NCBI RefSeq assembly: GCF_030028105.1
Contig: NC_092402.1
Location: forward strand, 79,723,425 to 79,787,424
Length of the DNA stretch: 64,000 bases
DNA from: Mobula birostris
Taxonomy: Eukaryota
Direction: 5' to 3'
Shown: positions 1-13,779 of the stretch, piece by piece
Layout of the letters: every line of letters starts with the position of its first letter
How positions within the stretch are numbered: position 1 is the first letter of the stretch
Notes under the pieces: generated by a model
Database searches by the model: none
What the model saw: only the letters and a program-made list of their open reading frames with translations
Told to the model about the DNA's origin: nothing
Position numbers and translations under genes: made by a program

Positions 1-262
1 GGAGCAGAAGTAGGCCATTCGGCTCCGCCATTCAATCATGGGCTGATCCAATTCTTCCAGTCATCCCCACTCCCCTGCCTTCTCCCCATACACTTTGATG
101 CCCTGACCAATCAAGAGCCTATCTCTGCCTTAAATACACCCATTGACTTGGCCTCCACAGCCGCTCATGGCAACAAATTCCACAGATTTACCACCCTCCA
201 ACTAAAGTAATTTCTCTGCATCTCTGTTCTAAATGGACGTCCTTCAATCCTGAAGTTGTGCC
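1..262 (-). mobile_element. CR1-type LINE 3' end fragment
   Basis: Similar to the 3' end of the CR1 copy at 1740-2020 (ggccattcgg..., ggcctccacagcc, aaattccacagatt). Confidence 0.7.
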
Positions 263-756
263 CTAAATTTTGTGCGTGCTGCCCTGAATAAAAAGCGCAA
301 CATACCATATATTCAACAAAATTGTAGGAAATAAATTGTTACCCAGATCACCATTCAGCTGGAACTGACATAGAGCAAGGATAACAAAAAAAAAATGCCG
401 AGAGGTGGTGAGAGTAAGGAGCCTTCACTGAAAATGGAAGGTTGCATTGCAATGCTGTCATAAAAGAGAGGACAGAAACCGAATCACTGAAAGAAGGATA
501 AAGATCCATACTTTCTATGTTCCCGTTACATGGCCAAGTGAAAATCGCAACAATACAACAGAACTTCAGCTTGATGAGGATTCGTGTGTTAATTTTTAGA
601 CCGTAGATATCAACCCAGTTTTCCTCTCCACGCGCATTGCCACACAAATTCTGCACCAAATTTTCAGCATTTGAAATATTTTTCTCTGTAATCCTTTGAC
701 ATAAATAACAATAACCATCAATCTCAGTCCCTGATGTGGTTGTCTCTGCAAAATCT

Positions 757-1181
757 TCACTGATCTCTGCTGATTTTTGCCATAATGAGAAGGTGCTGTT
801 GTAGATGTGCTCTGGTCTCAGCGTGGGTTATTTCCCAGGCACAGGCAGTGAATCTCTGAAAGAGAGAAAATGAAATACGTTATATAATAAACCAATATCA
901 AGTGTTTGAAATAATGTGCTGGTGATCACATGTTAATTCACCTTCTGTTTCAGAAACTCTCTCAGTACATGAAAGTATTTAAGAATTGCCGCATTCTTCC
1001 TTGGTTTGGACTCTGAGCCTGGTTTCCGGACACAGACATCCAGCTCTTTGAGCTGCCGATCCAAGAGATGCCTGAGGTGTTCCACTGAGCTCTGGACCCA
1101 CGTGACTGAGTTCAGGTTCAAACTGTAGATCCTGCGGAGGTGATGCAGGGTCTGATGGACAATGCAGATCCTTTCCTGCGG
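757..1181 (-). pseudogene. Type I interferon copy A: only exon 3 (1181-942) and exon 4 (855-757) remain
   Basis: Exon 3 PQERICIVHQ...LDVCVRK...FLKQK and exon 4 RFTACAWEITHAETRAHLQQHLLIMAKISRDQ* have AG/GT boundaries. Promoter and 5'UTR survive at 8790-9082, but no exon 1 or exon 2 sequence lies between; CR1 fragments occupy that space. Confidence 0.85.
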
Positions 1182-1720
1182 CTGTGCAAAACACACATGG
1201 TGACATTAGATAGGATCTGATGCTAATAAGCTTTAGAACTAAATTAGAATGCTATGTAGCTGAATAGAATAGCGTATTAAACATCCGTATCAAGCAATCA
1301 GCACCCAGAAGAAAGACATCCAACTTCTGTGATCTGAAAGAAGTTCAGAGCTATGTGATCTGCAATTGGTACTCAAGCTATAAACAGGGTGTGAGCAAAT
1401 AGCTGTAAGTAAGGCATCAGGTGAAGGACAGAAGACAGGACTCGACAGAATGTGGGACCTACTATGAAGAATAGTATCAATGCTGCAGGACATCAGTTAC
1501 ATGGAGAGATTCGGGGAACGAGGGCTGTTCTGCTTTAGCTAGGGGTGGCGAGGGGGAGATTTTATAGACATATGTCATCTCATGAAGGGGAAATCAAGCA
1601 GGTAGGTGGAAAAAAATGTCTGATCTGAACGGAATGTTTAAAAGAATCAGCAGTAACTTACAAAGAGAGCAGCATAAACAATTATTTATCAACTATGTTG
1701 GCACAAGGGAATAGAGTTTA

Positions 1721-4640
1721 GAAACATAGAAACATAGAAAGTAGGTGCAGGAGTAGACCATTCGGCCCTTCGAGCCTGTACCGCCATTTATTATGATCAT
1801 GGCTGATCATCCAACTCAGAACCCTGCACCAGCCTTCCCTCCATACCCCCTGATCCCCGTAGCCACAAGGGCCATATCTAACTCCCTCTTAAATATAGCC
1901 AATGAACTGGCCTCAACTGTTTCCTGTGGCAGAGAATTCCACACATTCTCCACTCTCTGTGTGAAGAAGTTTATCCTAATCTCAGTCCTAAAAGGCTTCC
2001 CCCTTATCCTCAAACTGTGACCCCTCGTTCTGGACTTCCCCAACATTGGGAACAATCTTCCTGCATCTAGCCTGTCCAATCCCTTTAGGATTTTATACGT
2101 TTCAATCAGATCCCCCTTCAATCTTCTAAATTCCAACGAGTACAAGCCTAGTTCATCCAGTCTTGCTTCATATGAAAGTCCTGCCATCCCAGGAATCAAT
2201 CTGGTGAACCTTCTTTGTACTCCCTCTATGGCAAGGATGTCTTTCCTCAGATTAGGGGACCAAAACTGCACACAATACTCCAGGTGTGGTCTCACCAAGG
2301 CCTTGTACAACTGCAGTAGTACCTCCCTGCTCCTGTGCTGGAATCCTCTCGCTATAAATGCCAGCATACCATTCGCCTTTTTCACCGCCTGCTGTACCTG
2401 CATGCCCACTTTCAATGACTGGTGTATAATGACACCTAGGTCTCGTTGCACCTCCCCTTTTCCTAATCGGCCACCATTCAGATAATAATCTGTTTCCCTA
2501 TTTTTGCCACCAAAGTGGATAACTTCACATTTATCCACATTAAATTGCATCTGCCATGAATGTGCCTACTCACCCAACCTATCCAAGTCACCCTGCATCC
2601 TCTTAGCATCCTCCTCACAGCTAACACTGCCACCCAGCTTCGTGTCATCCGCAAACTTGGAGATGCTGCATTTAATTCCCTCATCCAAGTCATTAATATA
2701 TATTGTAAACAACTGGGGTCCCAGCACTGAGCCTTGCAGTACCCCACTAGTCACTGCCTGCCATTCTGAAAAGGTCCCGTTTATTCCCACTCTTTGCTTC
2801 CTGTCTGCTAACCAATTCTCTATCCACATCAATACCTTACCCCCAATACCATGTGCTTTAAGTTTGCACACTAATCTCCTGTGTGGGACCTTGTCAAAAG
2901 CCTTTTGAAAATCCAAATATACCACATCCACTGGTTCTCCCCTATCCACTCTACTAGTTACATCCTCAAAAACTTCTATGAGATTCGTCAGACATGATTT
3001 TCCCTTCACAAATCCATGCTGACTTTGTCCGATGATTTCACCGCTTTCCAAATGTGCTGTTATCACATCTTTGATAACTGACTCCAGCAGTTTCCCCACC
3101 ACCGACGTTAGGCTAACCGGTCTATAATTCCCCGGTTTCTCTCTCCCTCCTTTTTTAAAAAGTGGGGTTACATTAGCCACCCTCCAATCCTCAGGAACTA
3201 GTCCAGAATCTAACGAGTTTTGAAAAATTATCACTAATGCATCCACTATTTCTTGGGTTACTTCCTTAAGCACTCTGGGATGCAGACCATCTGGCCCTAG
3301 GGATTTATCCACCTTTAATCCCTTCATTTTACCTAACACCACTTCCCTACTAACATGTATTTCGCTCAGTTCCTCCTTCTCACTGGACCCTCTGTCCCCT
3401 ACTATTTCTGGAAGATTATTTATGTCCTCCTTAGTGAAGACAGAACCAAAGTAATTATTCAATTGGTCTGCCATGTCCTTGCTCCTCATAATCAATTCAC
3501 CTGTTTCTGTCTGTAGGGGACCTACATTTGTCTTTACCAGTCTTTTCCTTTTTACATACCTATAAAAGCTTTTACAGTCAGTTTTTATGTTCCCTGCCAG
3601 TTTTCTCTCATAATCTTTTTTCCCCTTCCTAATTAAGCCCTTTGTCCTTCTCTGATGAACTCTGAATTTCTCCCAGTCCTCAGGTGAGCCACTTTTTCTG
3701 GCTAATTTGTATGCTTCTTCTTTGGCATTGATACTATCCCTAATTTCTCTTGTCAGCCACAGGTGCACTACCTTCCTTGATTTATTCTTTTGCCAAACTG
3801 GGATGAACAATTGTTGTAGTTCATCCATGCAATCTTTAAATGCTTGCCATTGCATATCCACCGTCAATCCTTTAAGTGTCATTTGCCAGTCTATCTTAGC
3901 TAATTCACGTCTCATACCTTCAAAGTTACCTCTTTTTAAGTTCAGAACCTTTGTTTCTGAATTAACTATGTCACTCTCCATCTTAATGAAGAATTCCACC
4001 ATATTATGGTCACTCTTACCCAAGGGGCCTCTCATGACAAGATTGCTAATTAACCCTTCCTCATTGCTCTAAACCCAGTCTAGAATAGCCTACTCTCTAG
4101 TTGGTTCCTCAACATGTTGGTTCAAAAAACCATCCCGCATACATTCCAAGAAATCCTCTTCCTCAGCACCTTTACCAATTTGGTTCACCCAATCTACATG
4201 TAGATTGAAGTCACCCATTATAACTGCTGTTCCTTTATTGCACACATTTCTAATTTCCTGTTTAATACCATCTCCAACCTCACTACTACTGTTAGGTGGC
4301 CTGTACACAACTCCCACCAGCGTTTTCTGCCCCTTAGTGTTATGCAGCTCTACCTATATCGATTCCACATCTTCCCGGCTTATGTCCTTCCTTTCTATCG
4401 CGTTAATCTCATCTTTAACCAGCAACGCCACCCCACCTCCTTTTCTTTCATGTCTATCCCTCCTGAATATTGAATATCCCTGAACGTTGAGCTCCCATCC
4501 TTGGTCACCCTGGAGCCATGTCTCTGTGATCCCAACTATGTCATAATCATTAATAACAATCTGCACTTTCAATTCATCCACCTTATTACAAATGCTCCTT
4601 GCATTGACACACAAAGCCTTCAGGCGCTCTTTTACAACTC
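1721..4640 (-). mobile_element. CR1 LINE, nearly complete ORF2 (APE endonuclease + reverse transcriptase), 5' truncated
   Basis: ORFs 4354-4614, 4090-4317, 2566-4035 and 1816-2550 are all in one frame. Motifs: NARSI/ITETW/GDFN/SDH (endonuclease); [29 protein letters not shown] (RT). (TTTCTATG)n tail at 1721-1740. Confidence 0.95.
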
Positions 4641-5349
4641 TTAGGTGAAGTGGTTAGTGAAATGGGGTACAGGTGATTCAGGGAATAGGAACTGAAAAGC
4701 AGAGCCTTGCAACGTGAGCCCAGACTCCCTATGTCAGTAATTTGTGGTATCCAATGTACAATGGCCATCGCATATTTTTTTAAAAAAAGCAATAGAACAG
4801 TGACATCTTCTACACTTCAGAACTTGAGAAAATGCAAGTCACAGAATCGTTGGGCCATGGGGCCACTACATCACAGAAACAGGCCCTGAAGTCTTCTTGG
4901 TTCATCCTACCCAACAAGATGCCACCGAAAGAAACCCCACTTACTGATAGCTGGTCAGTCGCCGTGGCAACTGAAGAGCTCGTATAGATACTTCTTAAAT
5001 GTTCTGAGCGATTCTTCCTCTGCCACCCTCTCAGTGTGTTCAAAATTCCAACTATACACTTGCAGAACATAGTTTCATTTTCCTTATATCCCATCCACAC
5101 CTTTTACTTTTTGACATAAATCTGTGTAATTTGCTTTGGGAAAAATTTTATTGCTATCCATGCCAATTGTGCCACCCAGAATTTGGTACACCTCTGTCAA
5201 GATCCCCCATGAGCCCTTTGGAGACGGAATCCTTGTAACCTGCCGTCAGTTCCTTAGTGTAGATTATATCATTCAATCATATGTGGTGGACACTGGTTGT
5301 GACATTATTTGAGTAGTTGAAGAGATTGTGGGACACTAGAAGTGATCTT

Positions 5350-8300
5350 TCAACAATTACTGGAGTCAGGAATGCTTTCAGAGGACTGGAAAATTGCAAA
5401 TGTCACTCCATCTTTAAGAAGGGAGGAAGGCAAAAGACAGGAAATTATAGGCCAAATAGCCTGACTTCAGTGGTAGGCAAAATGTTAGTTTCTATTATTA
5501 ACGATAAGGTTAAGATGTACTTGGACCACACAATATAATAAGCCGAAGGCAGCACGGTTTCCTTATGGTATGAAAGTGAGAGGGAGTAGGCTCAAGGGGG
5601 ATATGAGGGGTAGGTTTTTTAACTCAGAAAGTTATGGATGCCTGAAATATGCTCTCTGTGTGGTGGTAGAGGAAAATGCATGAGAAGCTTTTAACAGATG
5701 GTTGGGTAAGCACATGGATGTCAGGGTGATGAAGGGATATCGCCACTGTGCAGGTAGGAAGGATTAGTGTTTAGGTGTTTTTCATTTGCTTTCTAGCTGC
5801 TTCAGAATAATATTGTGGGCCGAATGGCCTGTTACTGTGCTGTACTATTCAATGTTCTATGTTCTAAGATTGGCTGACTGGCAAAAGTCAAATAGTTGGA
5901 TTAAAGGAAGCCTTTACTGGTTCTTTAGGTATGTGAAAAGGAAAAAAATAGTTAAGACCAAACTTGAGCCCTTGAAGGCAGAAGCGGGTGAATTTATTAT
6001 GGGGAACAAGAAAATGGCAGACGAGTTGAATAGGTACTTTGGATCTGTCTTCACTAGAGAAGACGCAAACAATCTCCCAGATGTAATAGTGGCCAAAGGA
6101 CCTAGGGTAATGGATGAATTGAAGGAAATTTGTATTAGGCAGGAAGTGGTGTTGGATAGGCTGTTGGGTCTGAAGGCTGATAAGTCCCCGAGACCTGATG
6201 GTCTGCGTCCCAGGGTACTTAAGGAGGTGGCTTTAGAAATTGTGGACGCATTGGTAATCATTTTCCAATGTTCTATAGATTCAGGATCAGTTCCTGTGGA
6301 TTGGAGGGTGGCTAATGTTTTCCCTCTCTTCAAGAAGGGAGGAAGAGAGAAAACAGGGAATTATAGATCGGTTAGCCTGACGTCGGTGGTAGGAAAGATG
6401 CTGGAGTCAATTATAAAAGATGAAATTACGACACATCTGGATAGTAGTAACAGGATTGGTCCGAGTCAGCATGGATTTACGAAGGAGAAATCGTGCTTGA
6501 CTAATCTTCTGGAATTTTTTGAGGATGTAACTATGAAAATGGACAAGGGAGAGCCAGTGGATGTAGTGTACCTGGACTTTCAGAAAGCCTTTGATAAAAT
6601 CCCACATAGGAGATTAGTGGGCAAAATTAGGGCAGATGGTATTGGGGGAAGAGTACTGACATGGATTGAAAATTGGCTGGCTGACAGAAAACAAACAGTA
6701 GCGATTAACGGGTCCCTTTCGGAATGGCAGGCGGTGACCAGTGGGATGCTGCAGGGTTCCGTGCTGGGACCGCAGCTGTTTACAATATATATTAATGATT
6801 TAGATGAGGGAATTAAAAGTAACATTAGCAAATTTCCCGGTGACACAAAGCTGGGTGGCAGTGTGAAATGTGAGGAGGATGTTATGAGAATGCAGGGTGA
6901 TTTGGACAGGCTGGGTGAGTGGGCAGATGCATGGCAGATGCAGTTTAATGTGGATAAATGTGAGGTTATCCACTTTGCTGGTAAGAACGGGAAGGCAGAT
7001 TATTATCTAAATGGATTCAAGTTAGGAAAAGGGGAAGCACAACGAGATCTAGGTGTTCTTGTACATCAGTCACTGAAAGCAAGCATGCAAGTACAGCAGG
7101 CAGTGAAGAAAGCTAATGGCAAGCAGGCCTTCATAACAAGGGGAATTGCGTACAAGAGCAAAGAGGTCCTTCTGCAGCTGTACAGTGCCCTGGTGAGACC
7201 ACACCTGGAGTACTATGTGCAGTTTTGGTCTCCAAATTTGAGGAAGGACATTCTTGCTGTTGAGGGCGTGCAGCGTAGGTTCACAAGTTAATTCCCGGGA
7301 TGGCGGGACTGTCATATGTTGAAAGATTGGAGCGAATGGGCTTGTATACTCTGGAATTTAGAAGGCTGAGAGGGGATCTTATTGAAACATATAAGATTAT
7401 TAAGGGATTGGACACGCTGGAGGCAGGAAGCATGTTCCCGCTGATGGGTGAGTCCAGAACCAGAGACCACAGTTTAAGAATAAGGGGTAGGCCATTTAGA
7501 ACGGAGTTCAGGAAAAACTTTTTCACCCAGAGAGTGGTGGATATATGGAATGCTCTGCCCCAGAAGGCTGTGGAGGCCAAGTCTCTGGATGCTTTCAAGA
7601 AAGAGATGGATAGAGCTCTTAAAGATAGCGGAATCAAAGGTTATGGGGATAAGGCAGGAACTGGATACTGATTGTGGATGATCAGCCACGATCACAGTGA
7701 ATGGCGGTGCTGGCTCGAAGGGCCGAATAGCCTACTCCTGCAACTATTGTCTATTGTCTATTGGTTGACTGCCGGTGACGAGTGATGGTCCGCAAGGTTG
7801 CTAACGGGTCTGCTAATTTTCACATTATACGTTAATGATCTGGATGATAGAATCGATGACTTTGAGGACATGTTTGTGGGTGACACAAAGATGAGTGGAG
7901 GGGCAGGTAATGCTGAGGAAGAAGCGAGGCTGCAGAAGGACTTAGACATAGCCGAATAAGCAAAGACGTGGTAGATGGAACGCAGTGAAGTGTAGTGTAT
8001 GGTAGTACACCTTGGTAGAAGGAATAAAGGCTATTTTCTAAAGGGGGCAAATTCTGAAATCAGAATTGAAAGGAGTCTTGTGATGCCCAGTGTCAGGTTC
8101 CCTAAAGGTTAACTTGCAGGTTGAGTTTGTCGTAAGGAAAGCAAGTACATTTCGAGGGTTCAAGAGTATAAAGCAAACACGTGACGCTGAAGATTTATAA
8201 GGCATTGGTCACACTATAGTTGAGTATTGTGAACATTTTCTGGTCCCATATCTAAGAAAGGATGCGCTGGTATAGGGGTGCGTTCAGAGAAGGCTTGCGA

Positions 8301-8780
8301 GGATGATCCGGGAACGAAAGGACTAACGTATGAGGGGTGTTTGATGGCTCTTGGTCTGTACTCGCTGGAATTTAGGAAAAAGCGGGAGTATTTTAATTGA
8401 AACCTGCTCAATATTGAAAGGCCTAGGTAGAGTGGATGTGGACAGAATATATCCTATCGTAGGGGTGTCTAGGGAACTGAAGGCACACCTACAGAATAGA
8501 AGGACGTCCCTTTAGAGCAGGGTTTATGTAGAATTTCTTAAGCCTGTAGGTGTAAATCTTTGAGATTCATTCCCACAGACTTCTACAGAAGCCAAATCAT
8601 GGGTTATATTTAAAGTGCATGTTGATAGATGCTTAATTAGCAAGGGCGTCAAAGTTAGTGGGCAGAAGACATGAGAATGTGCTTGAGAGGGAAAATCAAA
8701 TATCAGCCATGATCGAATGGCGGACTAAACTCGATAGCCGATCGGCTTAATTCTGCTCCTATATCTTTAAGTATGATGTA
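5350..8780 (+). mobile_element. Nested stack of CR1 LINE fragments: older element 5350-5570, 5866-5920 and 7762-8780, plus an inserted 3' end at 5570-5865
   Basis: KGGRQKTGNYRP motif at 5420. The older RT sequence stops at ~5920 and resumes at ~7762. Microsatellite tail ttctatgttcta at 5855. Confidence 0.8.
5921..7763 (+). mobile_element. Young 5'-truncated CR1 LINE (RT domain)
   Basis: ORFs 5786-7291 and 7300-7671 with RT motifs (FADD altered to FPGD, one stop codon). (TATTGTC)n tail at 7745-7763. Confidence 0.92.
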
Positions 8781-8940
8781 CTAAAGGACCTGAGACCAGA
8801 ATCAACTCCGAAAACGGGTCCTCATTGTCGTCTGGTACTCTGGACAAGGAAATGCCGCGGCTTGTGATCCGGGAGCGGACGCCGGTGCTGCCGAGACCTG
8901 TGTCTGGGGATCGTGTTGTGAGCTCCCTCTGCCATGCTGC

Positions 8941-9082
8941 CGGATTTTATATGTTAAAATCCGAAAATTGGTGACATTCGGAAAGTTAAACGACCACGGG
9001 ATATTTGGGAGCGTTTCGGGAGAGAACTCTGAAGTAAGGAATCTGAAAGCGGGAGAGTTCCGCAGCAGCGACGGGAAAATCC
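8941..9082 (-). promoter_or_regulatory. Orphan proximal IFN promoter of copy A (kB sites, degraded IRF-E, TATA)
   Basis: Homologous to the promoters of B-E. GGGAAAATCC at 9073-9082. IRF site changed to GGAAAGTTAAA. TATAAAA lies within an inverted repeat. Confidence 0.7.
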
Positions 9083-11029
9083 GCCACTGGAGAGAGCAAT
9101 CAACTCTCCGTCTCCGGTTCAGAACGGGGGTCCAAGGGATCGTGGATGGAGAGTCAAGTTTTGGCAGGAGAAAAGGTGGGTGGGTGGGGTGGGGGGGGGA
9201 AGTAACTGTGTCCATTCACTGGTGGGGGAAGGATTTTTATCTGGGTTGCGCCTTGCAGCGCCGACCTTCGCATGCGCAGATCGATGTTGTTGAATCCGCC
9301 CTTCGCACTCACCTGAGCTGAAGCCGCAACACAGGGTGGTCAGTGCCTGAATCACAGCGGCCCTTGGCGACTCTCTTTCTGCGGATACTCATCCCCTTGT
9401 TTTTCTTTGCATTTAAACCGCTTCGACTCCGAGTCGGAAAGCAATCCCGACCCCGAACTAGATCCCTTTCCTTTCTTACCATTGCTCCGAGAATGAAACC
9501 AGCTCCGTTTTCCTCTGGAAGGCGACCACGTGGCAACTTCACCCGAAGAGAGAGTGAACGGGGCAAGTGACGCGTTCGTCACTCCCGAAAGTAGCCGTGA
9601 TGGCAAATTAGCAAATAAAACTGCAGATACTGGAGACTTAAACAGCTAAAATTCTCAACCCCATTCCCGGTCGTGCTAACGACCACCACCACTGCCATAG
9701 TGAGGTCTAATGTCAACTAGAATAGCACCTTGTCTTCCCTCTCGGTACTATTGCAAGTGGCTTCTGCTTTTAAATTGTCAAGTCTCATTGCATCCGGACT
9801 GCAGTTTCAACACTTGTTATTCAATTGGAGAATGTGAGGATGAAATAAAGATTAAATCCGTGCATATTCCATGGAATTAAAAAATGAGGAAATTCATTTC
9901 AAAAGGCATGCATTTCCTCTGTCTACCGAGAGTGGCATTGTAAAAACGAAGGCGAAGAAACTTCAAATGTTATATTCCTTGAGGAAGATCATACATATAG
10001 TATACCTCCAGCATTGTATAATATTGAAAATACTTAACATCCACATCTTTACAAAAAGTTTTTAATTTAGAAAAAATATTTGCATTGCTTATCTCGGAAT
10101 AGCAATAAATTAACAAAGTTAATGAGCCACAATTGCACATTAAAATCCACAATAAATATAAATAAATTAATATAAAATTATCTTAAGACTACCCTGTACT
10201 GAGATAACAAGTACATGTTGATTACTGTCCGTTCGGGATAAATTCAAGATTAATGGTCCTAGAAGTCCATCACCCACCAGAGCGTCATGCAGGCTTAGAA
10301 ATTAATGATCGTACACCTATTGCAAGAGCAACAAATGCAGGGAGAATTTGCAGAAAATCGAATGGCAATAAACAGTTTAGCCTCGGATAGGAGGAGCGCC
10401 CTACAACTCGCTAACTGAAATTGCTAACACTAAAGGAAGCTGGGTAAAAATCGCATCATGTCTTCGACATGACATTGTGGAAAATGAATGATTATCCATC
10501 TCACTTTAGTGTTGTAGCTAACATAATGCCAACGATAAGAGACGGTGAGAGTGAGGAGCTAAGCACCACCATCTTCTCCAGTAATTACATTTTACACTGA
10601 AGGATCTGCCTGTCTTTAAAACGGGAACGGATTCAGGATCATTCACCAAATTGACATCTCAATCCAGGATAGTCATACAAAGATCAATATCAATAAATTA
10701 AGTCAACACTGGCATATGAATAAAGATCTAGGCATCTTCTGTTCTCCCTTACTTGCCAAGTTAAAATCGCAGCAATGTAACAACACAATATATTGTAAAG
10801 TCAGAAAATACTGAAAATGTTCTGCTGTTGATAGGGATTCATGATGTAACTTTTTTGCTGACCGAAATTATTAACCCAGTTTTCCTCTCCACGCGTAATA
10901 TTTCCGTCAACTTCTGTTTTCGCTCAAATTTCCGGCATTCGTCTTTTTTTTCTTTTTCCATAAATAAAGCGCACTTTAAGTTAATAGCCATTAATCTCAG
11001 TCGCCTATGTGGTTGTCTCTGCAGAATCT

Positions 11030-13779
11030 TCACATATTTTTGTTAATTTTTGCCATAATGAGAAAGAGTTGTTGCAAATGAGGCCTGGTCTCAGCGCGGG
11101 TTATCTCCCAGGCACATTCACTGAATCCCTGAAGAAGTGAAAATGACAGATCAATGCATTAGATAATGAAGACATATAGAGGGACTGAAGAAATGTGTTG
11201 GCAATCACACGTTTTCATATCAACTCACCTTCTTTTTCAGAAACTTTCTCAATTTCCGAAAGTACTTAAGAATTGCGGCATTCTTCCTTGGTTTGGACTC
11301 TGAGCCTGGTTTCCGGACACAGACATCCAGCTCTTTGAGCTGCCGATCCAAGAGAAGCCTGAAGTGTTCCACTGAGCTCTGGACCCACGTGACTGAGCTC
11401 AGGTTCAAACTGTAGATCCTGCGGAGGTGATGCAGGGTCTGATGGACAATCCAGATCCTTTCCTGCGCCTGTGCAAAACACACATGGTGACATTAGAAGG
11501 GGCCTGGTCTCACGAACGTTTAGAATTAGAGTAGAATGCCATGCGTCTGAATAGAATAGGGCAAAGTACAAACAATAAGCGGCATAAATCAATCTGCACC
11601 CAGATGGACGACTACTGATTTCTATGAACCTAAAGTCACTCTGAGACGTGAGCTGCAATTGGTATTCAAAGTTTAAATAGTGAATGAACTACAAGTCAGG
11701 CTAGTCAGTCCCCGGGTGAAGGACAGAATGTGGGGCCGATTATCAAGAATGGTTATTATAAATGTTCAGTGTGTCAGTTACTTTGGGAAACTACAGGAGT
11801 TCCGGCTGCTCTCCTTAGCCAGAGGTGGTGAGGGGGAAAGTTGATAGATATCTGCAATCTCATGGATGTATTTTCATGGAAGATAAGTGGTAAGAGTCTT
11901 CTGAATAGTTCGTTTAAAAGATTCAACAGTATCTTATAGAGACAACAGCTTGAATGTTTGTATGATAATTATGTAGGCCTATGGAAAAGGAACATAGGTG
12001 AAATAGTTTGGGGCATTGCGAACTAAAAAGTTGAGACTTGTAACATTGGCAGAGGTTCCGTGTGTCAGGTATCTTGTGGTATCTGGCGTGAAGGCCATCG
12101 CATGCTCTAAAAAGTGAATTGAGCATAGGCATCTTCTACACTTCAGAACTTGACTAGAGGCACGTCACAGAGTCACAGAGTCACAAAACCAATCCTTACC
12201 GTATTCTCAGCCCATTTCACTCATCAAATTACACACACTAAGGAAATTCCATTTATCAATATCGACTGAGTAGTCTTGGCAATTGAAGAGCGCACATATA
12301 CACTTATTAAATACTGTAAGACATTCGCCCTCCACCCCACACTCAGACATTTAAACTGCAAAATGGACGGGGGGGGGGGTAGCTTAAATAGTTTTATTTT
12401 CCTTATATCCAGGCCAACCTTCATATTTCCACCCCCCCCCCTTAAATTTATGTCATCTCTTTATAGAGACATTTCTTGTAGGGACATTTTATTGCCCTCT
12501 GTACCAGCTAAGGCACTCATAATTTAGTATACCTTTTTCAGATTCCCCCGAGCCTTTTTGTCCTTGATCCCAATCGAATGTTAACATAACGAGTAATGTA
12601 ACTAGATTGCAGGGGAAATGTTACAATCGGGTGTCAAATCGTTAGAGCAGAGTAGATGGTGCAATCACCTACAGTGAACACATTTTGTGTAATGATATAC
12701 GGATGAAAGGATTTCCAGATTAACAGAAGTGATAAATTCAATGGGGAGTTGAGGTAACGAGAGAGTGTGAGATGGGGAGCGAGAGTAGAAAATAGAAGTT
12801 CATACATGTTGACAAGTTTAGTGGGAATAGAGCAAGTGAGATGATCAGTGGGTGTTAGGTACAGAGAGTGAACTACCAGTGAACGGACCAGAGGAAAAGT
12901 GAATGAAGTTGTCATGGTGAGCGATGGCAATGACTGAGCCCAGGTGCAGAAGAATGGCAGACTGCCATGTGGAAACGAAACAAGAGGCGATACATAGGAG
13001 TACAAATAGAACCCTACAATCAGTGCTAAATGTCCGCTTTAAAATATCATAGAATGATGGAAACCCATGACAGTCACAATTAATTTGACAAGATTAAACA
13101 GAAAGCACAAGGGTTTAACGACCCTGGTTAAGACTACAATGAGTAAATACCGGTGCTCGAAAAAGCAAGAAACCCAACACTTTACGGCTCACCGCAGAGG
13201 TCCCAATACATGACTGAAGTGTGATAACTGAAGTGAGATATATTAATTGTGAATAGTTTCCTTAGAATCAGCAACAACGACAAACGAAGAGAGCGACTTG
13301 GAGAGAAAATATCGACATTATGTCTTAGCTTTGTTCTCTGCATAAAGTTCAGATACGATTCTCAACATTACTCTGCAAGAATATCTCGAATGATTATAAA
13401 ATCCAGAGTTTACTCACATGAATCTCCGCCGAAAGTTTCACCAGGTCTAGGGGCTTGGTTTTCAACGACAGCCTCTCAGTCACACACTGTTGAGGGAGGC
13501 GGCCACCCTGAGACAGAAGATATCAACGTTACTGACAATCCCCACACACAGAAACACCGGGAGAACAGACTATTTGTAATCACCTGATTGTTAACAACGA
13601 ACACCCGGGACTGTCAGGACCCGTCTCTGGGAGCAGGTTCAACTCACCATTTCATCCAGTTTGCCCAGAGTGTCTGTGTTGAGAACTTGCAGTAACCGCA
13701 GCCTCTCACAACCCAGGGCCAGGGTCACGGTCAAAAACAGCCACACACTGCAAACTCTCCAAACACGGCCCAATGCCAT
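11030..13779 (-). CDS. Type I interferon copy B, 186 aa; exons 13779-13648, 13507-13418, 11468-11229, 11128-11030
   Basis: MALGRVWRVCSVWLFLTVTLALG|CERLRLLQ... signal peptide; GGRLPQQCVTERLSLK...; AQERIWIVHQ...KYFRKLRKFLKKK; GFSECAWEITRAETRPHLQQLFLIMAKINKNM*. All introns GT-AG and phase 0. Four Cys spaced like IFN-alpha. Confidence 0.92.
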
